A stretch of 42,252 nt of DNA from Octopus bimaculoides. Taxonomy: Eukaryota. The notes beneath the pieces are model-generated. The model searched no databases. It was not told the DNA's origin and saw only the letters and a program-made list of their open reading frames with translations. Below, piece after piece: positions 35,201 to 42,252 of this stretch (position 1 is its first letter; the number at the start of each line of letters is the position of its first letter). The stretch lies in the NCBI RefSeq assembly GCF_001194135.2, contig NC_068989.1, forward strand, positions 15,708,614 to 15,750,865, read 5' to 3'. Position numbers and translations under genes: made by a program.

Positions 35201-35284
35201 AAAACTGAACAGCAGTAGAGCCATTTGACTAAATTACTATTGAAGAATGTTGAAACATAAAAATGTGTCAATATATAACATTAT

Positions 35285-35446
35285 AAGGCAGCGAGAAAGC
35301 AGAATCGTTAGCACGCCGGACAGAATGCTTTGTTGCATTTCGTCCGTTGCTGCGTTCGACTTTGCCTTTCATAATTAGCGATCGATAAAATAAGTAACAT
35401 TAATCGGCTTACTTCCTCTCCCGAAACTGCTAGCATTGTACTAAAA
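35285..35446 (+). mobile_element. SINE family B with internal deletions
   Basis: aaggcagcgagaaagcagaatcgttagcacgccggacagaatgc...gactttgcctttcat...gataaaataagta. Confidence 0.82.
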
Positions 35447-35515
35447 CCTTTTCTACTCTAGGCACAAGGCCCGAAATTTGGAGGGAAGGATGAAAGGTAA
35501 AGTCAGCCTCGGCGG
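35447..35515 (-). mobile_element. 69-bp antisense SINE B fragment with an 18-bp TSD
   Basis: ttctactctaggcacaaggcccgaaatttg..aaggatgaaaggtaaagtcagcctcggcgg, flanked by gctagcattgtactaaaa (35429-46) and gctagccttgtactaaaa (35516-33). Confidence 0.75.
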
Positions 35516-35868
35516 GCTAGCCTTGTACTAAAATGTGAAACCAATATATTGCTGCTTGTATTTTTCAGTATACAGTCAATCTATAGAATCTATATCCAGA
35601 CATTCTACATTATAGAATGTCACCTTCGCATAATCTCAGAATCCGTTGACGCCATTACACCGTTGCCCCTGGATTTAATAACTGACTAAAACATTTCAGC
35701 TCTTCAACTCTCACCTTATTCTTAAATCATTTGTTAATTACATTATGCAAGTGTACGTGAAACAGCGCACTCTCCGGTAAAGCGGATAAAAACAAAACCT
35801 AAGAGCATTAATATAAAGGAGCGAGTTTCATTGCCTGCTTCACAAATGGTATCCTGTACCTTCAACAG

Positions 35869-35992
35869 ATGAGGAAAATATATGTTCCTCATATTTGCAT
35901 AATACAGTGCCTATTGCTGAATATTTTCTACAGTCATATCTATTGCCTCCATACACATACATATGGACACACAAAAGAACATCAGAAAGCAG
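35869..35992 (+). repeat. First copy of a ~125-bp local direct duplication (second copy 36930-37056)
   Basis: atgaggaaaatatatgttcctcatatttgcataatacagtg...tctacagtcatatctattgcctccata...atggacacac...agaaagcag is shared. Confidence 0.9.
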
Positions 35993-36038
35993 TTACTGAA
36001 ATGGACACACAAAGCCACATCAGAAAGCAGTTACTGAA
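35963..36038 (+). repeat. 38-bp tandem duplication
   Basis: atggacacacaaaagaacatcagaaagcagttactgaa followed by atggacacacaaagccacatcagaaagcagttactgaa. Confidence 0.9.
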
Positions 36039-36774
36039 CTAACTTCTTGTTTTGCGGTTAATGTGTAACAAAATTAATATTTACGAAGATACCCTGATTA
36101 TAAACGCAAGTATTTTTGTTAGAGACAAGTCCAATTCTGTGATTTATGATATTGCTATTTCCAAGTGCAGCAGCTATTTTTTGAGTAGTCTGTATCGCTA
36201 TTATTCCAGATATAAAAGTACCCGTATTTGAATTTTGAGGAGAAACTGTCTTGAAATTACATCTAAATCTTTAACAAATTGATACAAGTATTCAATTGAC
36301 AGTTGCTGGCCTGTTACTTCGTTCACTGGGTTTCATGTAACTACCTTTAAGCAATTTCCACCTCCTTCTCATGATACTGATCTGCGATAACTTCGAATAA
36401 CTCTTGAAGTACGTTGTTTACGAGAATATATATTCAGAAGAGGTCAACTACACTGGCAATAAAATTTTCATAAGTACCTCATCTGAAGATGCAGTGGGTG
36501 ATTAAAGAGTAATTAAATCGAGTCAATCGAGTCAATCATTGACGCTACCACATGGATCCATACACGAAACATTTTATATAATAATGATTGAGGACAATAT
36601 CCGATTTAAGAAAAGGAGCTTTTCTTTTCAGGTACATGCGACAACGATCATTAAAATAAGGTAGAATCATAATATTGGTAATGGGACCAATGTGTATATA
36701 CATGCATACATGCACACACACACACGCACACACACACACACGCATACACACACACACACACATACACACATATT

Positions 36775-36900
36775 TAGTGTGTGTGAATATCTCTGTGATG
36801 TTGTCCCAACCACCGCTTCACACCCGGTGTTGGTGCATTTACATTCCACGTAATTTAGTGGCTTGGAAAAAGAGACCTTTAGTATAAATAGCAGGTTTAA
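36775..36900 (+). mobile_element. Degenerate SINE family A, 3' half
   Basis: gttgtcccaaccaccgcttcacacccggtgttggtgcatttacattccacgtaatttagtggcttggaaaaagagacc. Confidence 0.65.
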
Positions 36901-36929
36901 AAATATACCGAAGAAAATATAAAAATATA

Positions 36930-37056
36930 ATGAAGAAAATATATGTTCCTCATATTTGCATAATACAGTGTCTATTGCTGAATATTTTTCTACAGTCATA
37001 TCTATTGCCTCCATAAATATGCATATGGACACACACAAAACCACATTAGAAAGCAG
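36930..37056 (+). repeat. Second copy of the ~125-bp duplication
   Basis: See 35869-35992. Confidence 0.9.
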
Positions 37057-37132
37057 CATATTCAAGATGGTGCTCCAAAATGGCCGCTGTCTAAGACGAA
37101 AACAATTATAAAGATAAATACATACATACATA

Positions 37133-37204
<72 letters not shown>

Positions 37205-37216
37205 ATACATATATAT

Positions 37217-37259
<43 letters not shown>

Positions 37260-37351
37260 NNNNNNNNNNNNNNNNNNNNNNNNNNNNNNNNNNNNNNNNN
37301 NNNNNNNNNNNNNNNNNNNNNNNNNNNNNNNNNNNNNNNNNNNATACATAT

Positions 37352-37385
<34 letters not shown>

Positions 37386-37420
37386 GATATACATATATAT
37401 ATACACATATATAATATAAT

Positions 37421-37507
<87 letters not shown>

Positions 37508-37691
37508 CATATATATTACACATATTTGTGTAAAAAGATAAACAGGGCTCTTCTCAGAAAATTGCTATTTTTAAATCTCACAACGAGAGATATTCAGCAC
37601 CAGTACTTTGGAGTAAAGATTGTTTGTCCTAAACCAGGACTGCCATGTTATGTTGATAGGGGGTCTTCTCTCCCTTCATTGTTAATATCGG

Positions 37692-37908
37692 TTTCTGATT
37701 TTAGCACAAGGCAGCAATTTCCGGAGACGAGGAGGGGGAGTCTATTACATCGATCTCAGTGCTCAAGCGATACGCGTTTTATCGAGCGCGATCTGATGAA
37801 AGGCAAAGTCAACCTCAGCCGAATTTGAACAACTCAGAACGTAAAGACGGATGAAGTGTCGCTCAGCATGTTGTCCGGCGCGGTAACGATTCTGCCAGTT
37901 CACCACCT
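37692..37908 (-). mobile_element. SINE family B
   Basis: ttttagcacaaggcagcaattt...gatgaaaggcaaagtcaacctcagccgaatttgaac..tcagaacgtaaagacgga...aacgattctgccagttcaccacct. Confidence 0.85.
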
Positions 37909-37923
37909 CCTTCATAGTTAATA

Positions 37924-38112
37924 TTGGTTTTCAAATTTTGGCGCAAAGCCGGTAATTCCAGTGGAGAGGGGTGGTCGATTACATCCGCTCCAATACTAAA
38001 ATGGTACTTACATCATCGACCTTGGTGAAATTTTAAACTCAGAACGTAAAGACAAACGGAATACTTGTAAGTATTTTTCCCGGCTGCTAGCGACTCTTCC
38101 AGCTCGCCGCCT
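37924..38112 (-). mobile_element. SINE family B, second tandem copy with an internal deletion
   Basis: ttttggcgcaaagcc...ggtcgattacatc...tggtacttac...aactcagaacgtaaagac...ccagctcgccgcct. Confidence 0.8.
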
Positions 38113-39079
38113 CATTTCGTTTCTATCTTCAAGATTTTTCATATTCAATTACTTGTATTTTTTAAAAATGTAATGTATAACAACAACGTTCCTCATTTCA
38201 AGACCTGTTAGAACTCACCATCAGAATGAAGTGATAGTAACAATGGCGTGTTTTTTTCGCGTGTGAGCCACAAAAGATCATGGAAATACTGCTTACACCT
38301 GATAAAATGGTCCAAGCTGAAACTTAGAATTATAGAACGGTTAAGACCTGGTTAATTTCAGGATTTATTTGACGTATGATATATGAGTGTATTGATTTTT
38401 TTTTTGTATGAAAGAGTATATAGTTATTTTTTAAATTGTTCATCTATTTATTTATTTATTTTGTGAAGAGTAATGCTACCAACTTATTTACTTTTCTTCC
38501 TAATTTTATATAATGTACTGTATTCTAATGAGTTGGAATGGCGCCTCATTGTATATGCTTCCGTTCGGTGTTGTAGTTTTGATTAATGAAATTTACAACT
38601 GTCCTGCATTACGTTGAGATTTATATATTACATTCGGTGTATAAAATACATTCAGTGGCTTGCTGGTTTGTTGTTACATATTAATGAGACAATTATTTTC
38701 ATTGGAATGTTATTGTAATATATTCTGACAAAGAATCTCTAGATAGGTGTGACACACGTTAACTTTTATGAGTTAGTTAATGACGTTAACCCATTTCGTA
38801 AGCAGAATGAATTTGATTCATCTAGTATGTTTAGTTTTCTTGTAGTATATGACACTTGTACTTCTTGTACTATACGACATAAACAATATATATGTGCAGA
38901 CCAATTCTATCAGAGTGCTCTTCAAATTCTCCAGCATTCGCAGTAAGGTCTCTGGCGTTAAAACATACAGAAGAGACGAGAAGGGTTAAATTAGTCACAC
39001 CGAGTGCGGGGTGTAAAACTATTCCAATAGGTGGCCGTTTAATTTGAGCATAGAACAGATGTCGCTTTACATTGTAGAG

Positions 39080-39270
39080 CAGCGTTTCTCAACCGGGGTT
39101 CCGCGAAAGTTTCCTAGGGGTTCTGTGAGAAAAAGTGAGATAAGATAATGCTAATTTCATGATCGTAATATTACTATACATGCACAACAGATTATTGGTT
39201 ATTGTAATGTTGTAATATAGACGTCATCCTATCTAACCTATTATGTTATCAAGAAATATATATAACAACC

Positions 39271-39301
<31 letters not shown>

Positions 39302-39434
39302 ATTCACCACATGAACTACGATGAAAAGAATACGAGAAAGGTATGATATATAATTTTTTTTGTGTGCAGAGGTTCCTTGAGACATGTAATTTATTTTAAG
39401 GGTTATATAATGGTAAAAAGGTTGAGAAACATTA
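39080..39434. mobile_element. hAT (Charlie/Buster-type) MITE, 355 bp, with an internal (TA)n
   Basis: TIRs cagcgtttctcaacc / ggttgagaaacatta; 8-bp TSD TTGTAGAG (39072-79) and TTTTAGAG (39435-42), 7/8 match. Confidence 0.88.
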
Positions 39435-40467
39435 TTTTAGAGAATCATCTTCTGAAGAGGAGAATAAAACGACTAGACTTAAGATGACTGACCTTGACGT
39501 ATGACTTAGACTTATTTAAATTGATGTGAGCATTAGCGAAGGTAGATTTGGTACTGACTTGTTCTATATGTCATTACTTTATTTCACTTCTTTTTTTCTG
39601 ATTATCCGTGTTTATTATTAATTCTGGTGGATAGGTATTCGTCTGAACAAGACACTACCTGCAAGTATCACAGCAAAAACAAAATAATTAGTCAGTTCTT
39701 TCGATATTATGTAGGCTGTGCTCAGTAATGCAGCGAATGACTGTCGATAGGCCTGCTAGGGAACATACGAGTTTGTGTGCTTCCGACTAAATCACTGATA
39801 GTAAGCGTTCACCTCTTGGTGAACACCTTAGTCAAAATCTTTACGTTTGTTAAGTAAAAATATGAGTCAGAAGATGTTTATTACGCTTGAGCCAGTACTA
39901 GAGACGGCTTCGGTGGGGCTCTGATTTATAGTGAATAACTGCTCAAATGTGCAACTACGTTTGCTTGTTCCTGTATCACCATTTCTTTATTTCCTGTGTA
40001 TCATTTTAAATTCTGTTTCTCTTTTCTCTTGGCTTTTTCAAAATTTTCTTTGGTGCTACATCTGTTGTCATCACGTTTGCAGCTAACACTCATCTCCCAC
40101 AAGATGCCATTTTAAATTACTAGTAACTTGTACAATGGGTGTGGTAAAATAAATTTATAAATGCTTAAAAATGAACCTTATTTCTCACTCGAGAGTTAAT
40201 GGATTGGTTACGTGTACGTTCCGATGTCACTTGTTAATAAAATGAAAAGAAAAAGTTCTTATTAAGTAAACCGTTTTAAAATCCAGTTCTTCATTTTTCT
40301 CTCTAACAAATAACAGCAGTAGTAACAACAACAACAGCAATAATGATGATGATGATGATATGTTTACTGATAAGACCAAACATTTTGAGGTAAGAAGTTA
40401 GTCGATTGTATCGACCCTAATACTAATACCACACAGCCACTCCTGCGCTTATGTATATGTATGCATA

Positions 40468-40872
40468 CAGGGTGCGATGGGTTAATTGTTGCCACTTTCT
40501 ATTTTATATTTCGTGCGTGCCTTTGGTTTCTTTTGATTTTGTCGGCTACACAGTATAGTAGGGTTATTTGGGCACCGTCCTTGAGAAAAAACAACACCAT
40601 GACGCAACTGACTCCAGAAATTTTGAAACATGCTGTACTGCTTGTCATTCGCACCGGAAGCTCGAATACGAACATTTCAGAGTGTTTGGGAATGAATCTG
40701 AGGTGAGTGCAATCTGACGACATGTACCGAGAGCGATTACAATCAAGCATCCGATCAGCATCATGGTGTTGGAGTGATCACTAGTGATGGCGACGTCATG
40801 CCTCCATTCACTTTCTCACACGGCCTCAGACTCATCACGGAAGCCTACATCAAGTGTCTGGAGAAGGTAGCC
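40468..40872 (+). mobile_element. Tc1/mariner-superfamily transposon remnant (probably DD37D/maT-like): left end plus internally deleted transposase
   Basis: Begins TA|CAGGGTGCG. ATG at 40599 gives MTQLTPEILKHAVLLVIRTGSSNTNISECLGMNLR (HTH-like N-terminus), then jumps to KHPISIMV/GVITSDGDVMPPFTFSHGLRLITEAYIKCLEKV (catalytic-domain segment). Confidence 0.8.
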
Positions 40873-40934
40873 ATGTGTTAAGAGGAATTCTTTGGAGTTT
40901 GGAAGTAATGGACTTCCGAACAGATTCAATCTAT

Positions 40935-41005
40935 CAAATTCCACTGAAAAGTTGTTCAAGCCGAGGCTGTTGTAGAAGACACATGTGCAAGATGTGACGC
41001 AGTAC
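40935..41005 (-). mobile_element. Degenerate SINE A fragment
   Basis: aaattccact...agccgaggctgttgtagaagacacatgtgcaagatgtgacgcagt. Confidence 0.6.
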
Positions 41006-41104
41006 AATAAAAAAAAAGGGCAAAAGGTGGTAGCGCAAACGAACTCCGCAAGCAAATGGCGCGATGGCGATGTTTCGTGCAATGGTTCTCGTTTGTCTTA
41101 TGTA

Positions 41105-41220
41105 AGGGCGGTGAATTAACTATATCGTTTGAACATGAGAGGACATTGCAGTATTTCTTTATGCTCGATTGCACGACGTGGATAATATCTGCCTTTCATC
41201 CTATCGAGATCGTTAACACC
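41105..41220 (+). mobile_element. Very old SINE B fragment
   Basis: agggcggtgaattaac...atctgcctttcatcctatcgagatcg. Confidence 0.45.
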
Positions 41221-41344
41221 TTAAGCACTTCTGAACTGAAATAGCGCTGTGGTCGTCATGGCCTTCAATCTAATTAGGATCGATAAAACAACTCTCATTT
41301 ACTCGATATGATATAGTCTATTCTCTCACACACCCATAAACCAC

Positions 41345-41373
41345 TCGCACACACACACACACACACACAGACA

Positions 41374-41416
<43 letters not shown>

Positions 41417-41475
41417 ACGCACACGCACACACACACACACACACACAAACACACACACCCCACACACACACATCA
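41345..41475. repeat. (CA)n / (CACG)n microsatellite
   Basis: Directly visible. Confidence 0.95.
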
Positions 41476-42039
41476 GTGTCTAGTATTGCTTTATGTTATT
41501 TATTCACACACATTCATAGCAATAGGTGTATGTGTATCGCTGAAACATTAATATTAACTATCTTATTGCGTTGTTAAGATACATTATATTGTGATGGGTT
41601 TCTCGTAATAACATTTATTGTTATTTCTCCACTTTGTTCGATAAACCAATTCACTGGAAACTGCTTGAGAGCACCTACGTAAGTGTCAATATATTTGAGA
41701 TAGGAGACCTTGAAATTTTAATTAATTAATGTTATACGTCTATTGATAAGAAACACGAATTCTTAATTAATTAAATAGGGAACGCAGTCGGGAGTTAGTC
41801 TGATCATTAACTGTACAGTGATAACCTCACCATATGTCTCTGTTTCATTATTGCTATATCTCATCAGCAAAGCACTGTTTAATCGTGGCTGCAAAACATT
41901 ATAGCAATAAGCCAAGTATATGGCTTTCTTTCTATGAACACAGGTGGCATTAGAGATATAAAGAATGACTAGGTATCATATTCCAGAGGTTCCGACTGCT
42001 TAAAAATACTGGTTGTATGACCATTATTTTATTAATTAA

Positions 42040-42054
42040 TTAATTAATAACTTA

Positions 42055-42123
<69 letters not shown>

Positions 42124-42147
42124 AAGAAGAATAACAATAATTATAAC

Positions 42148-42222
<75 letters not shown>

Positions 42223-42252
42223 AAGAAGAACAATAATTATAACAATAATAAT
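42040..42252. repeat. (TAA)n-(GAA)n compound repeat with a ~96-bp higher-order period
   Basis: Two (TAA)n(GAA)n blocks, each followed by caataattataacaa (42135 and 42231). Confidence 0.9.

Noticed and set aside
36482-36510. ctgaagatg, the start of a third possible hammerhead core
   Set aside because: No stem II and no downstream GAAA.

Overview
AT-rich, microsatellite-saturated eukaryotic DNA from a gapped assembly; most N-runs abut (TA)n, (TG)n or (CA)n tracts. The repeat families look like those of Octopus, so a coleoid cephalopod genome is inferred from recalled repeat sequences, not from a search. No host protein-coding gene can be called; most listed ORFs are microsatellite or N-gap artefacts. 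The window is a dense transposon graveyard. It holds at least four tRNA-headed SINE families (labelled A-D here), Penelope-like (PLE) RT and GIY-YIG fragments, a nearly intact LINE ORF1 (Tx1/L1-like, CCHC knuckle) with no adjacent ORF2, R4/Dong, Tx1 and RTE RT remnants, a Charlie/Buster hAT transposase remnant, two hAT MITEs with 8-bp TSDs, a Tc1/mariner remnant and a possible Crypton remnant. The most notable signal is hammerhead ribozyme (HHR)-like folds in non-autonomous elements. (1) A 341-bp element (32345-32685) inserted into a SINE with a 12-bp TSD is mostly a ~125-bp-arm palindrome, and each arm carries a minimal type-I HHR fold whose core has the compensatory G3-C8 swap (GUGAACA instead of CUGAUGA). 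(2) A tRNA-headed SINE (19752-20032) carries a canonical minimal PLE-type HHR in its 3' part.
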